Source of the DNA: a virus
Lineage: Duplodnaviria; Heunggongvirae; Uroviricota; Caudoviricetes
IMG/VR virus record: IMGVR_UViG_3300047160_005224
Coordinates: 1 to 32,402 of that record
Reading direction: 5' to 3' (one strand)
DNA length: 32,402 nt
Shown: positions 1 through 7,702 of the stretch, piece after piece
How positions within the stretch are numbered: position 1 is the stretch's first letter
Layout: every line of letters starts with the position of its first letter
Notes under the pieces: generated by a model
The model's database searches: none
Seen by the model: the letters and a program-made list of their open reading frames with translations, nothing else
What the model was told of the DNA's origin: nothing
Program-made: the position numbers and the translations under genes

Positions 1-2382
1 AGGCAGTTCGCCGTTCGGGAACGCAATCCACTTACCAAATGTCGGATTAGGCGTCTTCATCTTCAAGAACTTGACCTTATCACCGTCACGAATCATCGGA
101 TAGTAATCACCAAGGTTCATCTTCTTGATCATGTCATTGTACGCGAGCGCACCCGCGACATGAGGAGGCACAGACTTGGTTTCGTTGCGATACTTGGCCA
201 GATCCTTCACAGAAGAATTGCGAGCGATGTCAGGAAGTGAGGCATCACCGAATTTCTGTTCAAAGGTTTCCATGTAGTTGATGAACTTGTCTTCATCCAT
301 ACCGATCAGAATCTCTGCAGCCTCTTCAATAGCACCACGGCATACTGTCGGGGTTGAAGAACGAACTGCTTCGATGCCAACCATCTTGAATTTGGCTTTC
401 TTGTAACGAACACCTTCATCATCCCATACCAGCATGATGTAACGCTTACCGCCAGTCCAGATACCACGTTCAGCAATTGATTCACGCTTCATGCGCATCT
501 TCAACTGATAACCGTTCATCAACTGGCAGAGTTCATCATAGAACTTGGTGATTTCAGGCTGCAACTTCTTACCGCAGATGGAATCCAACATGTTGACCAC
601 ATCTTCAGTCGTAGCATCCGGCTTGGAACGTTTGAATTGTTCCACAATCGCTTCTAGATGGATGTACAACGAGTCGGTGTCGGACGCAATCACATAGTCC
701 TTGCCATTTGTCTTCAACAGATCATTCAGGAAGTCATTCAGATGGCTAGCTGCCCACTGAATCACAACCTGACCAGACAACGTCACGGCTTCTGCCAGAT
801 CGTCGTTGTAGAACAAGAACCACTGGTTTGAAAGAGCACCATAGGCTGAGTTCAAAATGATCTTCATCGCCATCTGGATGTTATTGTACTGAATCTGCTT
901 TCGCTTGTATTCAGCATTCGATGGATCGTCAGCAGACTTCTGCTTGAATTCAAGCATCAAGTTCTTGTTCTTCTTACGACCATCGTAGTAGTGCTGCATG
1001 AGATAAGGCAAGAAACCCTGTTCTTCACGCAAGAACTTCGATCCAGAACCAGCAATCGCTACTTGTTCCTTCAGAGCCATCTCGTGCCAATAGTCAGCAC
1101 GCATCGGATTCAACCATTCATCAGGCGCGCAACTGTAGTCACGTTCAACGAACATCTCAGGCGAGATGTTGTATTGCATGATCAAATGCGGATACAGCGA
1201 ATCCAAGTCAAACGAAGCCAACCAATCATAACGACCAGGCTTCGGATCCTTCACATACGCACCAGCAATCGCTGCGCCTTTGTTAGCACGCTTGCGAGGA
1301 GGCATCGCGATATTCTTGGTGTTGAAGTAGTTGAGGATGATGACTTCCCAGAGCAACACGGAAGTCACAGCATCTTCAAGGTTCACGTGGGCGTCGTATG
1401 CAATAGCCAGAGCCTGTGAAATGAAGTCCATCTTCTCATCAAGCTTAACAACGATTCGTACGTCGTGAACGTTGTACTCAACAAACAACTGGTGGTTGTT
1501 CAGATACAGTTCTTCAAGGTTTTTGTAACCGAGAGACTTGTAATCAACCTTATCGATCTCAAGCTCAACCTTACCAATGTAACCGAGGCTGTATTGTTCC
1601 TGTTTGTGATACGTGAACTTGAGATATAGTTGCATGTAGTCAAGCGTCGCAATACCTTGAATGCGAACTGCCTGACACTCACGACCCATTTTGTCGAAGA
1701 ACTTGTAACGCTCGCAGTGATTCCAAGGCGACAGCTTATCGGCTTCTTCCTGACCGAGGATGTTGCACATGCGATTGTAGACATAGATCAAGTCGAACGA
1801 CTCAACGTTCCAACCAGTCACCACGTCCAAATCCATCTCGCGCCAGTGATGCAAGAAACGCGCAAGAAGGTCGGTCTCGTTCTTACAACGGATGACTTCT
1901 ACGGTCGGATCATCTGGGGTGTAATCTCCGGTTACAAACACCCAATAGTGTTTGCCATCAGAGATAGTGATTGCAGTGATTTCATCAAGAGCGCGTTCGA
2001 TGTTCGGGAAACCGTTGTTGGAACGACACTCGATGTCGAGATAACCCTTGTTGATTCGATTAAGATCGAAGTCTACAAAACCAGCATATTCGTCGGCCAG
2101 ATAGACATACTGCCACTTGGTGTAGCCGTGGATATCGAATCCACCTACATCCTCGTATTTCTGAAGGAATTCACGAGCGTCACCAATGCTCCCGAAATCC
2201 ATTCGAGAAAGAGGACGGCTTTTGTAGAGAGAGCGCCAATTGCTGGGCTTTCCAGTGCGATCACTTACGAACAGATAAGGCTTGTATGCAACTTTCTGTT
2301 GAAAGCGCTTACCATCTTTGTAACCACGAACCAGGATGTCACCACGACGCTGATATACGTGTGTGTAGAATTTGTTGCTCAC
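1..2382 (-). CDS. gp43: Family B DNA polymerase, T4 gp43-like (3' end runs off the window)
   Basis: Not in the ORF track; translated by hand. GTG start at 2382 (MSNKFYTHVYQRRGDILVRGY) overlaps the upstream stop codon. PolB motifs SFDLDSLYPHLIMQYNISPE (~1160-1220), KIILNSAYGALSN (~825-865) and YVIASDTDSLY (~665-697). Confidence 0.97.
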   Translation of the reverse strand, partial: MSNKFYTHVYQRRGDILVRGYKDGKRFQQKVAYKPYLFVSDRTGKPSNWRSLYKSRPLSRMDFGSIGDAREFLQKYEDVGGFDIHGYTKWQYVYLADEYAGFVDFDLNRINKGYLDIECRSNNGFPNIERALDEITAITISDGKHYWVFVTGDYTPDDPTVEVIRCKNETDLLARFLHHWREMDLDVVTGWNVESFDLIYVYNRMCNILGQEEADKLSPWNHCERYKFFDKMGRECQAVRIQGIATLDYMQLYLKFTYHKQEQYSLGYIGKVELEIDKVDYKSLGYKNLEELYLNNHQLFVEYNVHDVRIVVKLDEKMDFISQALAIAYDAHVNLEDAVTSVLLWEVIILNYFNTKNIAMPPRKRANKGAAIAGAYVKDPKPGRYDWLASFDLDSLYPHLIMQYNISPEMFVERDYSCAPDEWLNPMRADYWHEMALKEQVAIAGSGSKFLREEQGFLPYLMQHYYDGRKKNKNLMLEFKQKSADDPSNAEYKRKQIQYNNIQMAMKIILNSAYGALSNQWFLFYNDDLAEAVTLSGQVVIQWAASHLNDFLNDLLKTNGKDYVIASDTDSLYIHLEAIVEQFKRSKPDATTEDVVNMLDSICGKKLQPEITKFYDELCQLMNGYQLKMRMKRESIAERGIWTGGKRYIMLVWDDEGVRYKKAKFKMVGIEAVRSSTPTVCRGAIEEAAEILIGMDEDKFINYMETFEQKFGDASLPDIARNSSVKDLAKYRNETKSVPPHVAGALAYNDMIKKMNLGDYYPMIRDGDKVKFLKMKTPNPTFGKWIAFPNGELP

Positions 2383-2798
2383 TTAAGACCCTGTTGCTTG
2401 CCATACTCGAACCACTGAGTCGGACGATCATCAAGTTGCTTCTTGATTTCCGGATCAGCCTCACACATGTTCTGATACTGTTCGAGCATCAAGAGATTAC
2501 AGATCATGTGACCGATGTGGCGTTCACCAGAACCTTTTTCGCCATTATCGTAATCGTTGCCTTTCTCGATTTCCGCCAGATGACGCTTGATGCATCCAAT
2601 CACGGCAGAGTAAGGCATTCCCTTACACCAATTCCAGGCAGCGTACTTTTTCGCGCCATGCATGAAGACCTTTGCGGTCGATTCGAGAAGATGGGTAGGG
2701 ATCAATTCGTATTGAATCTTTCCTGCATTGAAACGGGCGCCTGAGCCAACTGTATTTGCACTGACGTCACCGATACCGCCGGTGTTTGCTTCTGCCAT
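2379..2798 (-). CDS. DUF5664-type dATP/dGTP diphosphohydrolase domain protein
   Basis: GARFNAGKIQYELIP...HGAKKYAAWNWCKG...RHL...SGERHIGHMICNLLML pattern is typical of DUF5664. Start placed at ATG 2798 behind an AGGAG RBS. Confidence 0.85.
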   Translation of the reverse strand: MAEANTGGIGDVSANTVGSGARFNAGKIQYELIPTHLLESTAKVFMHGAKKYAAWNWCKGMPYSAVIGCIKRHLAEIEKGNDYDNGEKGSGERHIGHMICNLLMLEQYQNMCEADPEIKKQLDDRPTQWFEYGKQQGLK

Positions 2799-2820
2799 AG
2801 AATCTCCTGTTGCGGAGGAA

Positions 2821-2861
2821 GAAATGAAAAGAGGGGACACACTAATATAGCATGTCCCCTC
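2821..2861 (-). terminator. Intrinsic terminator-like hairpin whose loop contains an extended -10 (TGCTATATT)
   Basis: 9-bp stem GAGGGGACA/TGTCCCCTC (2831-2839 and 2853-2861) followed by TTTTCATTTC on the minus strand. Confidence 0.6.
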
Positions 2862-2888
2862 AGCAAGAACACTAATTGTGAGTCAAGA

Positions 2889-3071
2889 TCAGATCAACTG
2901 TTTCTCAACGGTGATCACGATTTCCAGTTCGATGTTCTCAGCGAGCAATTCCTTCGTCTTCGCTACGACTTCATCATGATCTTCGGTTCTGAGAACCTTG
3001 TCCCACGTACCACGCGATCTGAAACCACCACGATTCACCTCAACGATGTACATCGTGCGGTAGAGCGGCAT
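2889..3071 (-). CDS. Hypothetical protein, 60 aa
   Basis: Tightly packed ORF in a small operon; GGAG RBS upstream. Confidence 0.65.
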   Translation of the reverse strand: MPLYRTMYIVEVNRGGFRSRGTWDKVLRTEDHDEVVAKTKELLAENIELEIVITVEKQLI

Positions 3072-3074
3072 GAT

Positions 3075-3323
3075 TTACTCCTTGATTCGACCGTAAGCCA
3101 GATAACCACCACGCGTATCGGTATCTAGATCGTCTACACCGACGGTTGCCGGGAACCCGAAGATGTCGTACAGAACGGTTCCCTTTTCGATCTCATTGAG
3201 CTCTTCTGGCGTGATAAGCTCAATGACCGTACCCTCAGCGATCAGGTCGGTACGACCCAAGTCTGCGTTCGGGTCACGCGAATATAGGCGCGTGACCACC
3301 CAATCACACGAATGTGTGCTCAT
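3075..3323 (-). CDS. Hypothetical protein, 82 aa
   Basis: GAGG RBS upstream; packed between its neighbours; acidic, ends in DTDTRGGYLAYG. Confidence 0.7.
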   Translation of the reverse strand: MSTHSCDWVVTRLYSRDPNADLGRTDLIAEGTVIELITPEELNEIEKGTVLYDIFGFPATVGVDDLDTDTRGGYLAYGRIKE

Positions 3324-3335
3324 AGTTTTACCTCA

Positions 3336-3659
3336 TCAATTGCTAGCGAGATTGTAGTATGGACGCAGCTGCTTGATCAGAGCGACTTCTGCGACATGCG
3401 CAGCCGCCTTTCCTCTAATCACCTGCAGCGGTTCATGCGTCCAACATTTCTCCCCATACTTCCGGATGGCGGACGGCATTGGCCAGTCCTTCATCTCAAC
3501 AAAAGCCTTGTAACAATGTCCCCGCCAACGTATGGCCAATGACCGTTTAACATTGCCTGATCGTATGACCGTCAGACCAATGTAAAAGTCGCCAGTTGCC
3601 AGATTGGTTAGCTTATAGAGGACATGGTTACGGTCGCTTCTCGGCTTCCGCTTGGCCAT
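3336..3659 (-). CDS. Minimal GIY-YIG-like nuclease domain protein
   Basis: VLYKLTN...FYIG motif, RW..H and a C-terminal E....LRPYYN; basic N-terminus RKPRSDRNH. Confidence 0.75.
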   Translation of the reverse strand: MAKRKPRSDRNHVLYKLTNLATGDFYIGLTVIRSGNVKRSLAIRWRGHCYKAFVEMKDWPMPSAIRKYGEKCWTHEPLQVIRGKAAAHVAEVALIKQLRPYYNLASN

Positions 3660-3683
3660 GTTATCCCCTGGATTCCCAAGTTC

Positions 3684-3743
3684 ATTGTACCTGGTTGTTA
3701 AGGGAAAGTAAAGGGAAGAAATCCTAGTAAAATCAACAACTTA
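3684..3743 (-). promoter_or_regulatory. Sigma70-type early promoter with an upstream IHF consensus site
   Basis: Minus strand TTTACT (3712-3707), 17 nt, TACAAT (3689-3684). AATCAACAACTTA at 3731-3743 fits the IHF consensus WATCAANNNNTTR exactly. Confidence 0.7.
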
Positions 3744-3749
3744 GCTGCC

Positions 3750-4361
3750 TCAAAGCAGCTGCAGGGACTCCGTATCAATGTCATAGCGCGCCACAAAGGT
3801 GTGATGGACGCCGGATTGATCCTTCATCGTGACGTCGTACAAACCGTCCTCGCGCGCTTCACAAGAAACGACATCCATCGTCTCCGGTTCCGGCGATCCC
3901 TGATTTTGGAACATGACATTGAACAGATCTGGCTTGAAGTAGTTCGGTCCCTTCAAGACCTTACCATCATCACGGAAGATGGGCTTTCCATCTTCGCCCA
4001 GCTTGGACATGTTGGAGGCGTGGACTTCTGCGAAGCAGGCGTCCAGATCGATACCAAAAGCGATACCTGTGCCGTACACAACATAGAGGAGATCAGAGAG
4101 TGCGTCGGCGACACCGACCACATCTTTCTCTGCAATAGCTTGCTTGAGTTCGTTGAACTCTTCCTCGATCAGGTCTTGGCGGAGCTGCTGAATGCGCTCT
4201 TCAGGGAAGCTCGGGAAGTCGCGGCACTCCTGGCCGAACACTTCCATGAACTCATAGACCTTCTTGAAATTTGAGAGAGCAAGTGCATTAACGAACAGAT
4301 CGTCAGCAGTTGCTTCTTCGGTTGCTACAAACCCACTACCATAAAATACGTCAGTCATCAA
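3750..4361 (-). CDS. MazG-like/PRA-PH family all-alpha NTP pyrophosphohydrolase
   Basis: LIEEEFNEL...VADALSDLLYVVYG...EVHASNMSKLGEDGKPIFRDDGKVLKGPNY motifs. Confidence 0.9.
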   Translation of the reverse strand: MMTDVFYGSGFVATEEATADDLFVNALALSNFKKVYEFMEVFGQECRDFPSFPEERIQQLRQDLIEEEFNELKQAIAEKDVVGVADALSDLLYVVYGTGIAFGIDLDACFAEVHASNMSKLGEDGKPIFRDDGKVLKGPNYFKPDLFNVMFQNQGSPEPETMDVVSCEAREDGLYDVTMKDQSGVHHTFVARYDIDTESLQLL

Positions 4362-4373
4362 AACCTCATCATG

Positions 4374-4679
4374 TTAAATCATCAAGATGTTCGGGAACTT
4401 TTGTGCGAACTCTTTTGTGTAGAACTGTGGCATTCCATTCAACAAATTTTTGCCAGGAACACACTCAGCATCAAACCATGCAGCATCGTTTTCAGCGATA
4501 CCAACATCGCGATCAAAGGAAAGTGACTTGATCTCAACAAGGAGATCACCAAACACTCTCCGTTCTTCCTCGTCAAAAATGACTGAGCGAAGAATGTAGA
4601 ACACCTTGATGTTCTGTGAATCAGGATGTTCTGCAAATACCTTGTTGGCTTGATCTTGGAACAATTGCGTGTAATTCAT
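4374..4679 (-). CDS. Hypothetical protein
   Basis: ATGA overlap with the upstream stop at 4676-4679. Confidence 0.65.
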   Translation of the reverse strand: MNYTQLFQDQANKVFAEHPDSQNIKVFYILRSVIFDEEERRVFGDLLVEIKSLSFDRDVGIAENDAAWFDAECVPGKNLLNGMPQFYTKEFAQKFPNILMI

Positions 4680-5023
4680 AGTGAATGTTCCCTCGCTGCT
4701 CGTGTCCAAAAGCAAGGCAGTGATCCACTCATGCCAGTGAAAATCAAATCCGATGTATCAAGAGATATAGAATTGCCTTCTTGCCAAACAAGTTTCTCGA
4801 TTTGTTTCCTAAGAGCCAAAGTTCCAGGAACTTCTTCCTCAACATAGCAAGGAGTTTGCTTACCATCAATCTCAGAAGTCATTGTTATCTGAACTGGGAT
4901 GGTCAATGGCTTCAAATCACACAGCAAATAAAACAACATTGCTACGTTCATGTTATTGCGCTTGCACACATCAATTTGCATAGCAAACAAATCGTCCAAG
5001 CTCGTCATCACTTCACTCATCAT
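4676..5023 (-). CDS. Hypothetical protein
   Basis: ATGA overlap with the regA stop codon. Confidence 0.6.
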   Translation of the reverse strand: MMSEVMTSLDDLFAMQIDVCKRNNMNVAMLFYLLCDLKPLTIPVQITMTSEIDGKQTPCYVEEEVPGTLALRKQIEKLVWQEGNSISLDTSDLIFTGMSGSLPCFWTRAAREHSL

Positions 5024-5409
5024 TTCTTTCCTATTCTGTACTTCGCAACCAACTGCCACTGATCCTTTTCTTTGAAAGGAATCACTTTGACCAATCTCAT
5101 TGGAGCAGCGTCAGCAATACGCGAAGGATCAACTACAGTCAGAAGTCCCCAATCAGAAAGCAACTGGATGATAGTGTTACGCCTCTGGACATCTTCATCA
5201 TCTAGCGATGTTGGCTTTCCATCGAGAGCGAACATTTCCTTGAAGTGGGTAATGTAGTAGCGACCACGCTTGTGCAAAATATGGCAAGACTGGTAGAGTG
5301 TTTTTGTACGTTCAGACGCAACACCGACGCGAGTCAGCGTCTCCTTGATTTTCAAGAAATCGTCTTCCTTGTTCAGCCGAACTTCTACCATTGTGTCAAC
5401 AGAAATCAT
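5020..5409 (-). CDS. regA: Translational repressor RegA
   Basis: DDFLKIKETLTRVGVAS...LYQSCHILHKRGRYYITHFKEMFALDG...RRNTIIQLLSDWGL. Start at 5409 gives an ATGA overlap with gp62. Confidence 0.96.
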   Translation of the reverse strand: MISVDTMVEVRLNKEDDFLKIKETLTRVGVASERTKTLYQSCHILHKRGRYYITHFKEMFALDGKPTSLDDEDVQRRNTIIQLLSDWGLLTVVDPSRIADAAPMRLVKVIPFKEKDQWQLVAKYRIGKK

Positions 5410-5864
5410 CGCTTCATCCCACCTGTAAATTGTTTCTCTTGAAGCTCCTCGATTTGTTCCTGAGTAAGGATCGAAGCGTATTCTTGGGCGCGACGTATGT
5501 TGCACTGGTAGTGCTTACAGATCAGCTCAATTACTTCATTTGACTCTGGCTTAAACCATTTCGAGAAGCGCTTTTCTTTTCTGACCATATTTAGCGCGCA
5601 GTCAAACTGGAGCTGTTTGTCCAAATAATGGACTTGGTTCAGGATGTTCGCTTCCATGATAGACGACATGTGGTACGAAAGTCCACGGTTCGTCAGAAAT
5701 GGGTTGTAAAGCTTCTCTGCTATCTCTGGAGTTTCGGATTGACGAATCAGATCACGTTTGTCCCATGAAACAGCATTGATGAAGTCGAATGGAGTGTATT
5801 CAGCCTTCGGCTTTTCCGATTTTGGAATTGTTTCCTTCTGTTGTTTTTGTTTCTTCGGTGCCAT
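5406..5864 (-). CDS. gp62: Clamp loader small subunit
   Basis: PFDFINAV, YNPFLTNRGLS, RKEKRFSKW and terminal GG motifs; lies upstream of regA. Start uncertain (5864 or 5882). Confidence 0.92.
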   Translation of the reverse strand: MAPKKQKQQKETIPKSEKPKAEYTPFDFINAVSWDKRDLIRQSETPEIAEKLYNPFLTNRGLSYHMSSIMEANILNQVHYLDKQLQFDCALNMVRKEKRFSKWFKPESNEVIELICKHYQCNIRRAQEYASILTQEQIEELQEKQFTGGMKR

Positions 5865-6045
5865 TATGTTGTTCTCGCTCACGTGATTTGAACACCAGAG
5901 CTATGCCGGGGTTCGCAACCAAATAATCATACAGTTCTTTGAACGCTTTGCGAGCGTCATCCATCGGTTGAACACTCAGGATCGCAGCAGCAATAGCGTC
6001 AGGAGCCGTCTTGCGGATCTCGGCGATCATCTTCTTACTGATCAT
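5800..6045 (-). CDS. Small protein (81 aa) with a major-capsid Gol-region-like peptide
   Basis: ATG 6045 overlaps the end of the upstream ORF. MIAEIRKTAPDAIAAAILSVQPM aligns ungapped to gp23 residues 76-98 of this window. Confidence 0.65.
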   Translation of the reverse strand: MISKKMIAEIRKTAPDAIAAAILSVQPMDDARKAFKELYDYLVANPGIALVFKSREREQHNGTEETKTTEGNNSKIGKAEG

Positions 6046-6226
6046 ACAGCGTAACCTTGAACAACGGAATGTATGGGGCATAGATCGAACCAGAAGAGGT
6101 TGAGATCTTCCAATATACAAATCGCTTACCTTTCCATAGAATAGATCTACGAAAAACCAGAAGTTCAGAACCGGTTTTACCAACATTCGAAGGCGTGACT
6201 ATCTTCAATTGATTGGGAACAATCAT
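6035..6226 (-). CDS. Small protein (63 aa) with a C-terminal major-capsid-like YAPYIPL peptide
   Basis: ATGA overlap with the upstream gene; GSIYAPYIPLFKV resembles gp23 GLFYCPYVPLQMV. Confidence 0.65.
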   Translation of the reverse strand: MIVPNQLKIVTPSNVGKTGSELLVFRRSILWKGKRFVYWKISTSSGSIYAPYIPLFKVTLYDQ

Positions 6227-6507
6227 GCATCAAATCCTAAGAAATTTGCTTTTGAAACAAACTTTGGATTATTTCCAGCGGCAACTTCTGCAGCATAAAT
6301 CGAATTCAATATTTCTCGATCTATTGATTTTGTCAGCTCATCAACCATACGGTCCAAGACCTTTGAATACACAGATTGTTTCTTGTCAAAGTAGACATAT
6401 TTGTGTCCCTTCCAATACTTCACTTTGCGAATGTACAACCACAATGGCGGGTCGGCCATAGAACCCAAATCGATTTTGTAAGTTTTGGTAAAGTCTACTG
6501 AAATCAT
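6223..6507 (-). CDS. Small protein (94 aa) with a major-capsid-like E...IDREIL helix
   Basis: Starts 7 nt after the gp44 stop; ELTKSIDREILNSI resembles gp23 EILAEINREVIRTI. Confidence 0.65.
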   Translation of the reverse strand: MISVDFTKTYKIDLGSMADPPLWLYIRKVKYWKGHKYVYFDKKQSVYSKVLDRMVDELTKSIDREILNSIYAAEVAAGNNPKFVSKANFLGFDA

Positions 6508-6513
6508 TTTCGC

Positions 6514-7449
6514 TCACAAGAACTCCACTTCCGTCATCACCTGCGTCAAGAACGCGACGAGGCAGACTTCGGCGTCAGCAACGAAGTTGATCTTGTACTG
6601 ATAGTCAGCAATCAAGAGAACCAATGCCGGAATGGAACTTGGCTTAACCACTTCAAATGCTTCATCATAGAACTTGCGCATCAAAGATGTTGGCTCAGAA
6701 TCCATGTTCTCGCCAACCCACTTGCGCATTTCCTTCCACTTCTTGGTCTTCACCAGTTCGACAAGACCCTTGAAATTCTCATCATTCATGTTGACAAGAA
6801 TGCCAGAATCGATCGTTCCGGTAGCACTGTAACGCTGAAGCTCATTCAGAACACGGCGCCAGTCAGGGAAGTGCTTCATGATCACAGCAGCAACCACTTT
6901 CTGATCGAACGTCACACTTTCCTGCTCAAGAATCTGAGCAGTTCGCTTCATAAACTGACCAGCGATCTTCGGCTTATCGGCTGCCTGAATCTTGAATTCA
7001 ACCACCGAACAACGTGAATGCAATGGCTGGATAATCTTGTTCTTGAAGTTACAAGTCAAGATGAAGCCACAGTTCTTGGAGAACTCCTCCATGAAGTTAC
7101 GCAAGGATGCCTGCGTCAGAGGAGGCAGATAATCAGCCTCATCCAGAATCACCATCTTGCGTCCACCAGTGAGTGAAACACTGGAAGCGAAATTCATGAT
7201 CTGCGTGCGGAGAGTATCGATGCCGCCGTTCATCGATGAGTTGATGATCATGTAGTCGATACCAAGTTCATCACACATCGCGCGCGCGATCGTAGTCTTG
7301 CCGGTGCCAGCGCCACCAGTGAGCAGAAGGTTTGGAATGTTGTTGTTATCAACAAACTGTTGGAAGGTTTTCTTCAGGTCTTCCGGAAGAATGGTCTCGG
7401 AGACTTTGTGCGGACGGTACTTCTCAACCCAAAGGAAATCATCGTTCAT
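6514..7449 (-). CDS. gp44: Clamp loader large subunit (AAA+ ATPase)
   Basis: LWVEKYRP, GGAGTGKTT (Walker A), ILDEAD (Walker B), LHSRC and HFPDWRR. Confidence 0.97.
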   Translation of the reverse strand: MNDDFLWVEKYRPHKVSETILPEDLKKTFQQFVDNNNIPNLLLTGGAGTGKTTIARAMCDELGIDYMIINSSMNGGIDTLRTQIMNFASSVSLTGGRKMVILDEADYLPPLTQASLRNFMEEFSKNCGFILTCNFKNKIIQPLHSRCSVVEFKIQAADKPKIAGQFMKRTAQILEQESVTFDQKVVAAVIMKHFPDWRRVLNELQRYSATGTIDSGILVNMNDENFKGLVELVKTKKWKEMRKWVGENMDSEPTSLMRKFYDEAFEVVKPSSIPALVLLIADYQYKINFVADAEVCLVAFLTQVMTEVEFL

Positions 7450-7464
7450 TATGTAATCTCACAT

Positions 7465-7499
7465 CAAAAGAAGAGCCGATTGCGTTGCACAATCGGCTC
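7465..7499 (-). terminator. Intrinsic terminator
   Basis: 10-bp stem GAGCCGATTG/CAATCGGCTC followed by TTCTTTTG on the minus strand. Confidence 0.7.
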
Positions 7500-7504
7500 G
7501 GTCA

Positions 7505-7702
7505 TCAGACAGACTCAGTCGGTTCTTCAATCACTTCTTCAACGAAGATATCACGATCCGAGTAAACGTGAAGGATGATTCCTTCACCAAAGGTCAGCAC
7601 TTTGACCTCTTCCTTCTTTCTACCTTTCTTCGAAACATAACCGACACGGAGCTTACCAGAAGCTCCAACATCAGTATGTTCTACACGCACAGCAATCGTC
7701 AC
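7505..7702 (-). CDS. Hypothetical protein, 65 aa
   Basis: GTGA overlap with the gp45 stop; ends just before the terminator. Confidence 0.6.
   Translation of the reverse strand: MTIAVRVEHTDVGASGKLRVGYVSKKGRKKEEVKVLTFGEGIILHVYSDRDIFVEEVIEEPTESV

Noticed and set aside
991-2744. Plus-strand ORFs of 142-262 aa
   Set aside because: They are antisense shadows of gp43 and the DUF5664 gene, with no recognisable motifs.
5800-6507. Interpretation as a fragmented gp23/gp24 pseudogene
   Set aside because: The capsid-like segments are out of order, embedded in unrelated sequence, and in intact overlapping ORFs.
5395-6507. RegA and the 6507 ORF both begin MISVD
   Set aside because: Only five residues, with different codons; probably chance or translation-initiation bias.
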